DNA of 63,625 nt, filler included, from Rhabdomonas costata (taxonomy: Eukaryota), in the NCBI GenBank assembly GCA_019059605.1. It is 15 parts of 15 records of this genome, joined end to end, with 100 filler letters (N's around TTAATTAATTAA, not from the genome) between each part and the next. Parts side by side here need not be neighbours in the genome. Positions count along the whole stretch, not along the records: positions 42,521 to 46,661 come from JAHMHO010000344.1; positions 46,762 to 50,880 come from JAHMHO010000345.1; positions 50,981 to 55,103 come from JAHMHO010000346.1; positions 55,204 to 59,328 come from JAHMHO010000347.1; 11 more parts are not named here. One strand, 5' to 3'. Shown here piece after piece: positions 44,395-58,200 of this stretch. The notes under the pieces are model-generated. The model made no database searches and was not told where the DNA came from. It saw nothing but the letters and a program-made list of their open reading frames with translations. Numbering within the stretch: the first letter of the stretch is position 1; every line of letters starts with the position of its first letter. A program made the position numbers and the translations under genes.

Positions 44395-47263
44395 CAGAGT
44401 GGGGGGGAGGTGCTCTTTGAGCTTCGATTATCGCTTGTATCCCTTTTGGAGGAACCAGCCACGTTTCGTCGCTGGTGATGCGTTGCAGGCAGCCCGCCTA
44501 ACACTGGGTCACACTGGACTGACGCGAGTTTTCATGGATTTCAGTCTCATTTTTCAGTCTGTAGGTAAATTTTTGTTGTTTAAAAAGTGACCAACCAATT
44601 GAAATGTGCCGAATGAGTGATGATTGAAGAGCGTGAATGCAAAGAATAGAGCGGTGAATCGTACTCCAGCCGTGCCTCGAAATTTTGAAACTTCCGCCCA
44701 GCATATAAAAGTTAGTGTCTTACATTCAAGTTGCGACAAGTCAGATTTCAACCTCACCTCCCTCACCTTTTGAAATATCTTCCTCGCAGTACTGTTGGCC
44801 TTGGAGAAGCGGCTTTGCTCGGCTGGAATGCTCAGCCCGCAGTGGACGCGGACAACCAGTGTCTTTTGGAGGAATGGAGTGAGCAGAACCGCGCAAGTGG
44901 GGTCCCTCTGTGGTCACCTGTTTCGCTTAGAGGAGAACACGCGGTATGCCGCTCGCCATCCACCTTTCTCCCCCACCCCCTCACTGCTTTTCTCGACTTT
45001 CTGATTTTTTGGTAACGTGCAGTTTTGTTCCGGGGAGCCTACCGGGCTTGTGAGGAGTTCATGAGACTTTTTTTTGGGTTTTTGGGTTTTTTCCGTGTCA
45101 CTAGCGTTCTTTTTTTTCAGCTGGAATTGTACTCAGAAGGTGACGAGCCGCTCTTAATTTCTGGACCGATTTGTAGCTGTCACATGCTGTTGGGCTCAAG
45201 AATTGATTGGTAACGGTGTAAGTGAACAATGGCGGGGGAAGCAACACCACCACCCAAGCTCATAGGCTTCTCTCCGGGTTTTTCTCGGTAAAGAGGTTTT
45301 TCTCAGTAAGCTGTTTTATGCGGGCATTCCCATGTGTTGATCCGTCCGCACGGACTGGGAAGCGTTGGAAGTAAGCCAACTACTGAGGTACAACACCCAC
45401 TCCAACGAAGAGGTAATGTGCACGGTGTCTCTCGGGTTTCAAGTTGAACCTGACCCACCCATTCCCGTAGGGGGCTCCTCTGTCTTTTTATTCTGTTTGC
45501 TGCTCCAAATCACCGTGAACAGGGTGTTTAGGATTTTGCAGAATTAGCTACACCTGTGCGGCGGCAAAGATAAACTTTAGTCCTTTCTGTTTTCAAACCT
45601 GTGCCTTGCGCTTTTGTCGCCAAGCGCAGCAGACGATCCAAGGCAGCCCAGCGTCACTGTTGGTTGTGTACCTTCTCTTGCCACTCCAAAAGGGTTGGCG
45701 CTTGCAGCAGCCTCTTTCTGGAGACGCGCTCTTCGTGGCAGGCTGCCGTAAAAACCTTGGCGCGGTCCAGCTCGGGCTCGCTGAGCTTCCCTGTGGCCAT
45801 CCCTGGCTCATGGGACCAGGACGATAACCTCTTTGAGGTGGTCCTGTGCTGCTGCTGCTGTTGCGAGAGGAAGGAGCTCCTCGTTTCACAGAGAGACAGT
45901 AAGGAGGACACATCGAAGCCGGACTGGCAGGGGCAGGTGGAGACCCTACATGAGCTCAGCCAAGGCCTTGCCAACGGTATGACGGTGCCCCAATGAAATG
46001 GGGGTGAGCAGACCCCTTTTGCGAGCTGGTGTAGCTTACGAAGCAATGCCTTTGATGCGATGTCTGCTTCGCGCTCCTCCTATGTTAGTGAGGCAGGAGG
46101 GTGTTTTGTTGCGGTCCCTTTGTGCTGAGAGTTCTCCCCCCTTCCCCGCGAGCGTTGTGTTGACGCTAAGATGACCTTGTCCTTGTGGGAGAAACTGGGA
46201 AAAGAATTCGCGCTCGGTCGTGCAATGCCTTGCGTAAGTAGTGGATCTCGGGCTTTGGTGTGCATCACATAGCTCTCCGGAGCGGGAACCCTGGTCTTTA
46301 TACAGCGGAGTGGTTTTTGATGCGTGGAAAAGAAGACTGTGAAGCGAAGAGCGACAAACAGTTTGCGCATTCTGCTATACTCCATGCAAGCTGGAGAACA
46401 ACGGGCAGCAATCGGTTCGAACAGACATCCTGAGAATTATACAGGGAACAAAAATCTTTGTGCGTGGCGAGCGTATAATGCTTCAAAAGGAAAAAAGGAA
46501 GGGAAGAGACTATCACTTTCAGAAGGGGGGCTGCGAGAGTCCTCCTTGCATCCCTGTGGCAGTGAACATCTTTTCCTGTTCTTCAATTCACTGACTTCTT
46601 CTTCTTCTTCTCATCCCGTCTCAGGCTGACCACCAGCTTGTGGAAGAAAACACAACCCAAANNNNNNNNNNNNNNNNNNNNNNNNNNNNNNNNNNNNNNN
46701 NNNNNTTAATTAATTAANNNNNNNNNNNNNNNNNNNNNNNNNNNNNNNNNNNNNNNNNNNNTGTGTTGGGGAGAAAACCCTGGGTGCGTTCGGGAGAGAC
46801 AAAAACCATCACATGGATTCCACCAAGCACCGGTTTTGCGGCGCTAACATCTTTGTATGCATTTTGCGGTGCCGTCCATGCACCGGACGCACTATTCTTC
46901 ATCGCGAAGGAGTAGTTTCACTGCACCCACACAACATTGGGCGCGTTATTATTAGGAAATGGGGTATAGATAAACTTTGCACGCACCTGCTGCGTCTTCC
47001 GACATGGGGACATTGGAACACCTTGGCCGAGGACCCACGACACGAGGAAGGAGCCACCTCCAAAGAGGGGAAATCCTTCCTCGTCTGCTATTGCTATCAT
47101 CACAGTCATCATACGGCGATTAAGATCCGAATAATACTGCGGGTGGCCCTTTGTGCCGTAGTGCTGTGACTTTTTCCTCGTTTATTTCCCTGCGGAGATC
47201 TGTGGGTATTCATGTGGGGACTCCCACAGGCTAAGTTTTTGTTCGGGGCGCACTTTGTTTCAG

Positions 47264-50200
47264 TTTCGGCGTGCAACGTCACCTTGGCGGGTGGCACGCG
47301 GGTGATGAGTATGGTGCTGGGGCAGTACAGTCTTGGCGGGCTCTACCTGGGGCGGCCGTACCACGTCAAGTCCAACTACTACCTGTTCTACGTCCCGGGC
47401 GTGGGTTGGGTGGTGAGCTACGGCCTGGGCCAGACGTACTACTACGCCGTCGGCCCGCAGGACGTCGCGACTCCGGATCTGGTCACGACAACCTGGACTG
47501 CTATCAGTGGAAGTGATCAGCTGTCGGACCCCGGCCTGGGGGCAGCCTGCACACGTGTGCCCCCGATGCCCCTCCCTCTCTAAACATTGTCTTTGGGCTC
47601 TCTTTCGGCAATGCCTGCCGAAATTTTTTTTTGCTGATGCTTGATTTTCTTAGAGTTCGTGTTTTTTTTTGGTGGGGGGGCGGGGTGTGGAGCGGAACCT
47701 TTAGTAGTGAGAAACTACCTTAGCACTGCTGAACTTTTCTTTTGGCTTTTGTGTAGTAGTTGCTTTTTTGAGCAAAAAAAAATCTGCACGGCACGGCACG
47801 GCACGGCACGGCGCCACTTTTTGGTGAAAGGTATATAGCAACTAGGGTATGGTGAACGAGGCATTAATTTCATTGGGGATGGGGGAAGACTAGCACGGAG
47901 TGGATGGCAGGGTTGGAACGTTCGTTGGGTGGACGATGCTCCGTCCTATACGGTGACCGTATAGCAGTTCTAATCCCCTGAATGAGTCACTTTTTACGGC
48001 CTCGGAAGTAAACTGCGGCAACAATGCAATATGCAAAAATGTGTTTAGGCTTACTGATCTTGCTCTCCCGAGAATTGCATGACTAGAGGAATGAATGGGG
48101 GATTAGAGAGTGCCTCCCCCCTCTAAATGTAATACCCCCGGTCATGATGCACCCTTGCTTTTCACCCACAGCACTGGACTGTATAGGCTTCGACGTCGAG
48201 GAACCCGTGTGGTTGTTGTGCGTTTGTTGTGATGTGCAGCGAAGCCGACCTGCGGCAGTAGCGGGCTTGTTTGCTCTCGCGGCTACGCCCTGAACTCCAC
48301 CGTGGTTTGCTCCTCGACGGTTTGCCGGCAGAGCGAATGCTGCTCCGGTACGCTTGCGTGAAATTTCGGGATATGTGTGTATGTGCGATTATCTGTAATA
48401 AAAAAGAGGGTCACCGCTGTTCACTCGTCCCCATGTCCTAGTCAGGCCGTGCGCGGTCGTGTCGTTGCATGGCGGAAAATGGTGGGTATAGAAATGACCT
48501 ACTTAGTTGCTCGGTGATGTCAGTGAACGGGAGGTGGGCCTTCCTCTCATATGGGAACCCCCCCCCCCAAAGAAACGGTCCCTCAGAAGAGGTTCCCCTC
48601 ACCATCTGTGAAGCCGGGTGTGGCGAGGAATGTTCGGGGTGTTTGGATTTTTGTAGATGCTCCGACTTTACCGTTTTTATTTATTTTTGCCCTCGGATTT
48701 TTTTTTACATCAATCCATCCGGCATCATCGTTCCAGCTCACTCTATGTGCCGTTCGCCTTTTACCTTTGGCCTTGGGCTCTCCCGGCTCTGTGAAGTAGT
48801 GTGTTTAGCGGGGGGGGGGGTGAGGGTTGTAGAGGGAACAAGTGGAGAACAGGATCGCCTGTTTGAATATTGCTGGATTCCAATGGAAACTATGCACTTT
48901 ACACGTGCTCCGTCGGATTTCAATAGAGGGGTTAAGGGTAGGAGCATGGTCCAATGATAGAAGCAGATGATTCCAGATTACAGTTTGTCAAGTGCTGCGC
49001 AAGATCCCGGGGGTTTGACGCTCCTTGGCTGCTTATTTCTTTTGTCTTGGGAACCATTTTACTACGTGGGTTCGATGATGTCACTGATACCCCCCCCCCC
49101 GGCACACACGGGCCCGAAAATATGCTCATGGGAAAATTGTTCCCTCCCTCCCCTCACACACACCCCGCACCTCCATCGTCCCTCAAAACATTGCTGCGTT
49201 CATACAACGCTGGTTGACTCCAAGGAAGAACCAGCTAATTTTCCTGGTGGATTTTCATGGACACCATCGGAGGGGAAAACATTGCCGGAGCATGCACCAG
49301 CAATTCATTCCGTTTATGCTGTTCACGGTTTGTTTATGATTTTGGGTTTGGAGATTAGTTAGCCGTTATTACAAAACCCTCCCCACAGTCCCCTTGTGAC
49401 CGTACACACCACTTCACAAGATCCACATCCGCTCACTCTGACTTCTCGTTCTTCTCACTCGCCACAGCGGATCCTTTTCACGCCAAAGCCACCGCCGTTT
49501 CATTTTTTGCGGGCCACCGTGTTGTCATGTTTGTCATGTTTTCCACTCCTGGTTATGATGCCCCTGTGCTGTTTTTTCCTTGCTCAGTTGTGCCGTGCAA
49601 CATCTCGATCAGCGGCCGCGTGGGGTCGAACAGCGTGATCAACGGGGTTTACTTGATCACTGGGGAGTACTCCGGCCGCCCCTACTACCGCAACCCAGGC
49701 ACCTCCACCGTGTTGTACTACGCCCCCACACAAGGGTGGTCGCTCAGCGGGACCTTGGGGATCACCGGGGGGTATGCCTACAACACGCAGAACGTCAGCA
49801 CCCCCGCCATGCTTACCTCGGCGTGGCTCGTATGGAATGGCTCTGCGATGTCCTCGGACTCCGCCGTGAACGCGTACTGCACCAGTGTGTATCCCTCCCT
49901 TGTTGTGCCCGTTTGTGTGTATTGTTGGGTGGAGTAGGATGGGGAATATAGAACTAGTAGTGCCGTGCCCTGTTCTCCGCAAGAGTGTCATGCGCGATGG
50001 AGCGCATAGACAACTTCCGCTTCCAAGTGCACTCTCTCTTGTTGCCGTGCTGTGCTGGGGAACGCTCCCGCCTTGCCCTTCACTTTCCTTTTTTCCCGTC
50101 TATGTTGCGCCTGTCCGCCTTTGTGTCCATGTAACTGCAGCGATCGTGCAAACCTTTTGCTGCCGTAGTGTAATTGTAAAAGTGAAGACCCGTGTGTATG

Positions 50201-50552
50201 TGTGTTTTGGCGTCGCTCGAGGTCCGAAGCTCGACATCTTATGGGTTGTTGTCCACCACGAAAACAGCTGGCAAACGCCGCAGGCGTCTCGCAAAACTTT
50301 TTCGTTCGTGTGGTGCTATGTGTTATGTGTTTTTTGTGCATCCCTATCCGTCTGCCGCGTCGCCGTAAAGAGCGTACAAGGCAAATGGTTCAATCCCTTC
50401 CGCCTGCTTTCTTCCATTCCTGCCCGCCCGCCTGCCCATAGGCCAGCTGTGCTCGTACTTCACGAGGTGTCCTGTGGTGGGGCGATTCCGCAACACCTCC
50501 GCCGTCTGTTCCCAAGACCCCTGCACCTCGACCTCGGAGTGCTGCATTAACG
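47264..50552 (+). CDS. Partial extracellular protein with alternating ~98-aa aromatic beta-type domains and ~36-aa 6-Cys modules
   Basis: Exons 47264-47554 and 49588-49884 (C...GxY...GRPY...LY/FY...GW...TP...W...SD...C) alternate with 48240-48347 and 50442-50552 (C..C..C..C..CC). All are GT-AG and phase 1-1. Confidence 0.85.
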
Positions 50553-51380
50553 GTGGGCCTCCCTGCGCTGTGTCCTTGAGTTTTGTGCAATGCAGTACAA
50601 TCGCGGGTGGCAGTGGAAAGGCTCTTGCGCGGGATTTTTATGCTTTATGCTGATTTGTATGGACAGGTCGTCTTGCAGACAGCTGCCCTGCCCTGCCATC
50701 TGATTTCCCACTTCTTCTTTTGGCCGCTTGACTTTCTGCGTTCAAGTCCTCTTTTCCTCGTTTCCTGATTGCATCCCTGCGTCGTCGTTCAGCTTCCAGC
50801 CTCAACCTCAGTACCAAATGCACCGCCCCAACATGTCCTGACGACGTGCATAGCCATTCCGCTGCCTGTGCTCTTTTTGTNNNNNNNNNNNNNNNNNNNN
50901 NNNNNNNNNNNNNNNNNNNNNNNNTTAATTAATTAANNNNNNNNNNNNNNNNNNNNNNNNNNNNNNNNNNNNNNNNNNNNCCTTTTTGCCGACATCCTCA
51001 TGGGCGCTACCAAGGTTGCATTGGGTTGGTTTCGTGCTCAAAGTTCCTTTTTTGGTTCCACCTGATGATTTCACCAGAACCTTTCACCAGCCTTGCACCA
51101 GCAATCGACAAGGGAGCTGCTGAATCTCTGGAACACCGGAAACAGTACAAAGACCAGTGGCAAGAGGGAGCGGACAAACATCTGATGACACGGGAGGAAG
51201 AGAACCGCGCCTGTGGCAAGGACAAAAGTTCCCAGAATCTGTATGCATAAAGAGAAGTAGCGGTAAGGGAGGCCGAAGCTTTTATGTTCTTTTATATTCG
51301 GAAGGTGCTTCGGACGGCTCCGAAGGCCCATTTGATCTTTCGTTGTGCAGCTTTAGGTTATGGTCTCCGTTGTTCCCCAG

Positions 51381-52492
51381 GTGGATGTTGTGCTGCTGGT
51401 CAGTGGGTCCCTCCGGAAGCCCTCGCTGGGCCCCACGGTGACGTTGGGCGACCTGGAGTCCTTCTTCCCATACGACTCACCGGCGTCCGTGGTGACGGTT
51501 TCGGGGAAGCTGCTACGGAAGATCTTCACCTTCTGGCAGAGAGCGGAGAACCGTCGCCCTGGAAACTGCAACTGCTTCCAAGTGAACCGCGGAGTCAAGG
51601 CTGTAGTATGGATTGTACTTTAGACCTAATTTTACCCTTCTTCTCGCCGATTCCCGCTGCTCGCTACCCTCTTGACCCGAACCGTTTCACGGTTCAAGGT
51701 TCACGTTTCCCGTTAAGCTCAGAGTTATCCCAATTCAGCAGATCCTAGGGCGGTTGCAAATTTGATAGGGGTATTCATGCAGCGAGGCGTGTTATCTCAC
51801 ACGTTGGGCAGTGGGATACGGGAATTTGGGTGTTTCTGGGCTTCATGACCTTGTGGGCCTACGTTTTGCAGTTCTGGGGAATCAGTGAGGTGCAAGTGTT
51901 AGGGTTAGGAAAACCGCGTTAGCGAATTTAGCTGCCTCTATTTGAGTGAAAATGGGATGGTCGAAGTATCTTTCAGCGCCCCCCTAGATCGGCTTGTTTT
52001 TGGGAGGCATTGGTCTTCTGATGATCAGCACTCTTCAATTATTTTTGCTGAATGAATAGCCCAGTCCAAGGCAAGTTATTCAGGTGATCAAGTCATCGCG
52101 GGCCTTATTTTTTGTATTTATACTGATATTCGTCATGTCCTATTCGTTCCGTGTGATAAAGTCACAGTTCTTTACTGTCCACTTCGCTCTCCCCATCTGT
52201 GCAGTATTCGGATGACACGGCCACCCTTCACACCTTGGCGGTCCACGGAAAGCCTGTTGGCGACAACGACACCTTCAGCCTCCTGCTGACGGACTACCCT
52301 CTGAAGAACAGCGAGTCTCAGCTCGGGGTCACCGCTGCGGAGCTGGGCAGCACCTCCACCGCAGCTGTCTCTGTCCGCGGGGTGCTGCTGGAACACCTAA
52401 AGAAGAGCAGCAACCATTGCAGTAGCGTCGAGGGAAGGCTGGTGTACACGACCGCAACCACCTCCAGTGGCAGCGAGCCCCAGCCCAAGTGA
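51381..52492 (+). CDS. 5'-nucleotidase C-terminal domain, last two exons
   Basis: Exon 51381-51605 (SGSLR..VTLGDLESFFPY..VSGKLL..FQVNRGVKAV) joins 52205-52492 (VHGKPV..LTDY..VEGRL, TGA) in phase 0. Confidence 0.75.
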
Positions 52493-53790
52493 GCAGGAAA
52501 ACGCTCGTATGATTCTGGCGGGACTCCGGGATTTTTGACTCCATCTATTACCAGTGACAGATGAAAATTGCTTTTGGGAAGTATTGGGCGGTGGGGCGAC
52601 GCACTTTCGTTTTGCACAGCCAATAGGTTTCGTTGAGTTTTAGCTGTGGTTGTGTGTGCATGTCTGTACAACTGTATGCCCAGGGTTCAGGTGACTCACT
52701 TGTGGTAAGGACACCTTTTCGCGTCACCAGCCCCCCCCACCTCCTCCAGGCAAGCACGCACACTGACACATGCTTGGTGGTTCTTGTTCACCTCGAGGTA
52801 TTGCGCTATCAACGGGCGGTTGTTCCACTGCAGCCCGCATTGGCAGGACGCATTCGCAATTCATGAGCTTACAAGTTGTTGACAACGGGCAGAGCTAAGC
52901 TTTTAGCGCCCCCCCCGAAACAAAAGAATGCAATTGTCCCGGTCCCCCGTCTTTCCGGACACAGCTGACCTCTCTAAACGCGTTTTTAGGAAGTAATGAT
53001 AACTTTCCCTTATTCTTTTTGAAGATACAAACGCCACCCTCACCAGGTCTGGTCCCCATATCCCACAAGTGAGTATGTCCCCGCCCGTTGCTCTCCTCTC
53101 TATCTGTACCTGGATCCAACGGGGCGAGGAAGCACTTGTATCTCTTGTGCTGCCAGCTTCTGCGGTCTCACCGCTCTTCCCGTACCCGTATCTGTACCAT
53201 GTACTCGTTACCATTTGACCGTCTTTCGGGACTGGGGACGGGATGACATAAGGAATTGCTCGTGGGTCAGCCGAAACTGCCCTCCTCAACGGCTGTGATA
53301 TGAGATTCTCATGCCGATCGATTGATTCTTTCTCGTCGGGCAGCGCAATGGGGCGCATTATATGGTCTTAGTGATTTATGGGATTGTTGCTTTTCGTTTT
53401 TGCTCAGAAGAGCAGCTTTTCTCTATGTATTGGGATGTACTTCTCCTCTGCGGGCGAAAAGCCGTACCTTAATTGCCAGGTTTCTCCTATCGGACTGTCG
53501 GATGCCGAGGCTTTTGTGGCCAGAGAGGTGAAGTTTGCAGCAATCAGAGGGGTTGTGGGATGTTTACTTTCCGCCAGTGAGTGTCATCCTGGACGAAAAT
53601 GTCCCAGACATTGCCCTCGAACTTTGCCTTCACCCCGCCTCTGCTTTCGTGCCCTTCACAAGAGTGCTTTCGGCGTTTTTTTCTGCGCTCTTTCCTGTCG
53701 TTCGTCTCACCGGTGGTCAATGGTCAAGCTCCTTTGTTATGGCCATGCCACTCGCTACGCCTCACTGTGCACCCTTTGTACGAGCTGGGA

Positions 53791-53918
53791 ATGAAGTGTG
53801 ACCTCCTGCACATCGTGCTTTTGCTGTGTGCCGGGGTGGCCTGGGTGGTGGGGCAGCCCGCCGTGTTTCGGGCTGGATTCGTCTACGACGGCGCCACGAC
53901 GGACATGGGCTGGACTTG
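53791..53918 (+). CDS. First exon: signal peptide plus start of a BMP/PnrA-like solute-binding domain
   Basis: MKCDLLHIVLLLCAGVAWVVG then FRAGFVYDGATTDMGWT, resembling BMP-family KVGFxYxGxxxDxGWT. Donor |gtatgc. Confidence 0.6.
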
Positions 53919-54467
53919 GTATGCCCTCTTTGCCCTCACCTTCTTTGGGCCTGCACTCCTACGTTACTTTCATGACCCCAGCTCTCGTATTTCATTTACT
54001 ATGACGGCGTTGTAAACCTTTTCAAATTTCAGATCTTTGCCCGCGTTGGCTAAGTATTGTAAACTATCAGGGTTTCTGCATCTGTACTTTAAAAAGTTCT
54101 GATGCCCTTTTGTTTTCTCATGTCTTTTCTTTGAATTGCCGTCTGATACACCTTGTGCGATCCTGGTAATATGCTGCTCTTTTCCCCGTTGTCCGCTTTT
54201 TCTTGCATTCCGTGCACTCGTGGCCATACTTTGTTAACATTATTAAATCTTTTTCAAGATTGCACTTGTTACAATGGGGTTGTTACACTGTTATATACTT
54301 ACAGTAATTATTTAGTCTTTAAATGACTTTACGTTCCACTGAAAAATTTGTAACTTTCTAACGGCTTTTATTTTTCAATTGACTTTTCGTAGCCACCAAT
54401 CCTAGACTACAATCATGTTCTAAGATGCTCTGGTCACAATCCATTCAAATTATCATGCCTGTGTATT

Positions 54468-54743
54468 ATTCTGACCAAAAAACATACCCTCCCAGCGGGG
54501 CGCGGTGGGGGTTAAATTGACTATTTTTGGGTGCAGCGTGCCGTTTTTTCGAGGTTGCAGACCGAGAAAAAAGGGGACACTGCTCCCGAAATACTGACTA
54601 CTACCCCTATACAAAAAATGATGCCCTGTGGTGTCAGTGCGAGTTTCTGAACCAAATATCACCCTTACAGCGGGGTGCGGTGATGGGTTAAATCACCTCT
54701 GACTTGGGTCAGTGTGCCGTCTTTTCGAGGTTGCAGACCGAGA
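54468..54743. repeat. Imperfect ~100-bp direct repeat, about 175 bp period
   Basis: cagcgggg.gcggtg..ggttaaat...gtgccgt.ttttcgaggttgcagaccgaga at 54493-54567 and 54668-54743, with weaker similarity upstream. Confidence 0.8.
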
Positions 54744-54998
54744 GAGCTCCCAAGTTAGCTTAGTACTCTTTCGCCGTCCGTTGCCCACCAATAGCGCCTT
54801 ATCCCCATTTCGGGGGATGGAGGGGCTGCTTTGCTTCACGTGTGCAAAGGGAAGCCTGGGCTTCTGGGGACGGAGTTGTTGGGGTCTTCTGTACTTATTT
54901 TGCGTACAACGAGATGTGGGAGAGACATCAACAACTAAATAGGGGCCAGTCGAGAATCAGTGGAGAGTGATGCCACATCGCGAGTTTTTCTTCGGAGG

Positions 54999-55103
54999 GT
55001 TTGCTCACAAAAAAGCAGTACGAATCAGCCGCCAAGGGGCAACCCATCGATCCGATGGGTTGCCCCTTGGCGGCTGATTCGTACTGCTTTTTTGTGAGCA
55101 AAC
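54999..55103. repeat. Terminal palindrome with 51-bp perfect arms and a 3-nt loop
   Basis: 54999-55049 is the reverse complement of 55053-55103 and ends flush with the contig. Confidence 0.95.
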
Positions 55104-55203
55104 NNNNNNNNNNNNNNNNNNNNNNNNNNNNNNNNNNNNNNNNNNNNTTAATTAATTAANNNNNNNNNNNNNNNNNNNNNNNNNNNNNNNNNNNNNNNNN
55201 NNN

Positions 55204-58200
55204 TTGTTTGGGGGGAGCGCGGGGAGGGAGGCCACCGGAGAGCCCGGGGCGCCCGCCCAGCACCTGCCTCGCAGCTGCACGCTTATCTGTGTGCATGAGT
55301 CCGAAACCAGCACAGCTACGGGCACACACCGTTGCAAGGAGGCACAAATTCGAGCAATTCACCGTTCAGCTTCAAGTTTTCGGTCAAAGCGGCCAATGAC
55401 GGACGAACCTGGCGAGTTTTCGTGAAGCCGGTCTTCAGGACGTTCTCTCACCAGACAGAATCAGTTATTTTCAAAAGGGCACTCACCACAAAAACCGAAG
55501 GGCAGCACTCGGAGGAACGTCCACTTCTTCACGAGCAAAATGTCCCTGTGACCATGCCAGTGGGGGTCTTTCGAAACCCTCAACGGGCTAACCCTCACAT
55601 GGCGCCTTCGATCCACGTCCCTCAAAACACACATGAGACCAGTGTCCATCGAAACACACATGCATGTGCACTCACACTGTCTCCTTGCTTTTCTCTGCAG
55701 ACAACACAAAAACATACCCCCCCCACCGAAAAAGGTGAGAATGACCTTCCCGCGGAGACCAAATTAGCGCACAAGTGCCCTTACAAAGCTCACTGACCTG
55801 GTCGCTGCTCTGGTTCAGCATCAGCCCAGAGACGACCACCTCCACCCTCATATTGGCCACCGCGGAGCCCCACAACACGGGCAGCAGCCACGGCGGGGGC
55901 ACTGCAACAGGTACAGCGGCCGCGCTGAGGCCCGTGGGGCCCCAGGGGAGCACAGTAAGAATGCCAACCGCCACACAGCCCACCACAGAGTCTGCGGCCA
56001 GGCGCTCCAAAGCAGAGGCACTCCACCCCTCCGCCAGGGTTGCGGCGCAGACCTGAAACGCAATGCCCCCCGTCAGGCACTTTATTTTCGATTGACAAAA
56101 AACAGTGGATTGAAAAATAATAAGAATGGTATTTCTTTTCTCAAAAATGTTTCAAAATGTTTGGACCTTTCCCAACAAAACCATGGTAGATTTGAGAGGT
56201 TTCACTTTCAAGGGCCCCGCAAGGGGGGAGAGGGGGCGGAATAGGACCCTCAACCTTTGGCACCGCTCCAGCGATTAAATTAGGTGATGGTGCGGCTAAG
56301 GCCGCAGCGGGGGAGTTACCTGACTCAAAGCAACTCCAAGTTTGTTTCAACCTTTAGCAGGCCAACTCCGCCCAAAATACTCTACGCCACGCAGAAGCAT
56401 CGTTCCTGTTCAGACCGATCTGCCTCCAGTGGGCTTTCAGAATTCATTCCGGCTTCCAGGCTGCAGCTCACACTAACAGTGTAATAGTCCTGACACGACA
56501 CCCTACCCACACATACTTGGAACGTCCCCGAACTATCCACGCTCACGGTCAAGGCGCTAGCGTTGCCCAGGGCCTCACCTCCAATCATGCCAGACACCAC
56601 GCCGAGAGTGTAGTCATCCGAGAGCCATCCCAGAGGCCACCCCAGCCTCCACCACGTCGAGTAATTCCCCGCACCACACCCACAACCCCTGAAGGGGTAC
56701 CCCACAGGGCCCACCGGGTCCAAAGTCTCGCTGGCGTTCTGGCACAGCAGGACTCGAGTGGTAGCTAAGCTGAGACCAGTGCCCTGAACCGTGAGCTGGA
56801 AGGGGGTGCTCACGACGGGCAGGGAGGGGATGGCGGAGGCAGAGACAGGCCCCGACGAGGCCAGAGTGAGGTGGCCCAGGAAGGTCGGCGGAGAGAAGAG
56901 CTGGGCGTAGCACACCCCGTAGGCAGGGCCGGGAAGGGTGAACCGGACGACAACCTGAGAGAAAAGGAGATGACAGGGGGTTCTTAGCACACCTCTTTTA
57001 ACAGAGAGCTCCGGGGATTGGGGACATGCAGCTTACGTTTGCAGCTGCGCTAGGCACTATTGAAGGGACATCTTGGGTGCCCTTAGCAGACCTAAAGATG
57101 AAGCCCAGGATAACAGGATGCTGCGACCGGAAGGCTGCGAATGGGCCCTCTAAAAAGGGCCCATACTTTGGAAGTGGGGGTTCTTTGAGGCTGGCTGCGG
57201 GTCCCTTTGTCCCTTTTGAATGTTAGAGGAGACCCTTCCGACATTGAGTGAACTTCCGGAAAGAAACCCAACTGTAGGCTTCACGCACACACACAACAGC
57301 GGATGCGGGAAGCGACGCGTACAGCATTGCTGCTCTGATGGACGATGCCGTCCCCCTCCGTGGGTCCAGCGTAGGGGTCGAAGCTGGCCACGGTGCCTAC
57401 CACAGCGGTGGCGCTTCCGGGCACGCACTCCCCCAGGTGGGCCGGGTCCAAACTGTACATGTCCCCATCTACCAAGTCCTTCCCCTGGAAGAGCACCTCG
57501 AAGGGCTGCCCAGCCACGGGCTGCGAGGGCAGGAAGCTGGCCGAGCTGCAGCCCAGAGGGAAAAATGGAGCACTGAATGTGGTGTAACGGCGTCATTGGC
57601 TCGACAAATAAAAGTGTCCACCGCGTTATGACCTCGCACCACACAACCACACCACACAAACACACAAAAGTTACTGTGGGGTCCAATGCAAGAGCCATTC
57701 GAAGAGGTCTCTTGTGTTTTTTTTTTGGGCGGGAGAGCGGCGCCCATCACGTTCAGCAGCTCCAAAAGTTTAGCAGTTTTCTTTCCAAGGGCCCGTAAAT
57801 TAGTAATTTAAATCTTGTCTGTATAGGGCGGGAAACCAGTGTAACTGACCCATCCGGGTTCCAGGTAGTGCGCACACTCTACAAAGCACTGCGAGAAAAA
57901 AAAGGTTCAGTTCGGTCGTTGAGCATCCTCAACGATCAGCAGTGCCAACTGGAGCATCACCCATCCAATGGAACGTCCCAACCTACCCGCCCAACAGCGG
58001 CCCTACAATAATCCCGTCCCATTTCTCTGTCAAAGCCCAGCAACGACAATTCCCTAAATTGCGCGCGGAAGCTAAAAACGTTTGCAGTGCTGAACGTTTA
58101 GCAGTACTAAGCATTGAACGCCCCCCCCCTAAAATTGCCCTCGTCACCTTTAATCTGAGAGTTTGTTTTTTGAGATGCAATCTTAAGGAGGCATTTTTAT

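Noticed and set aside
54999-55103. Perfect palindrome as a MITE or miRNA precursor
   Set aside because: It is flush with the contig end, has 100% identical arms and a 3-nt loop, typical of an amplification fold-back chimera.
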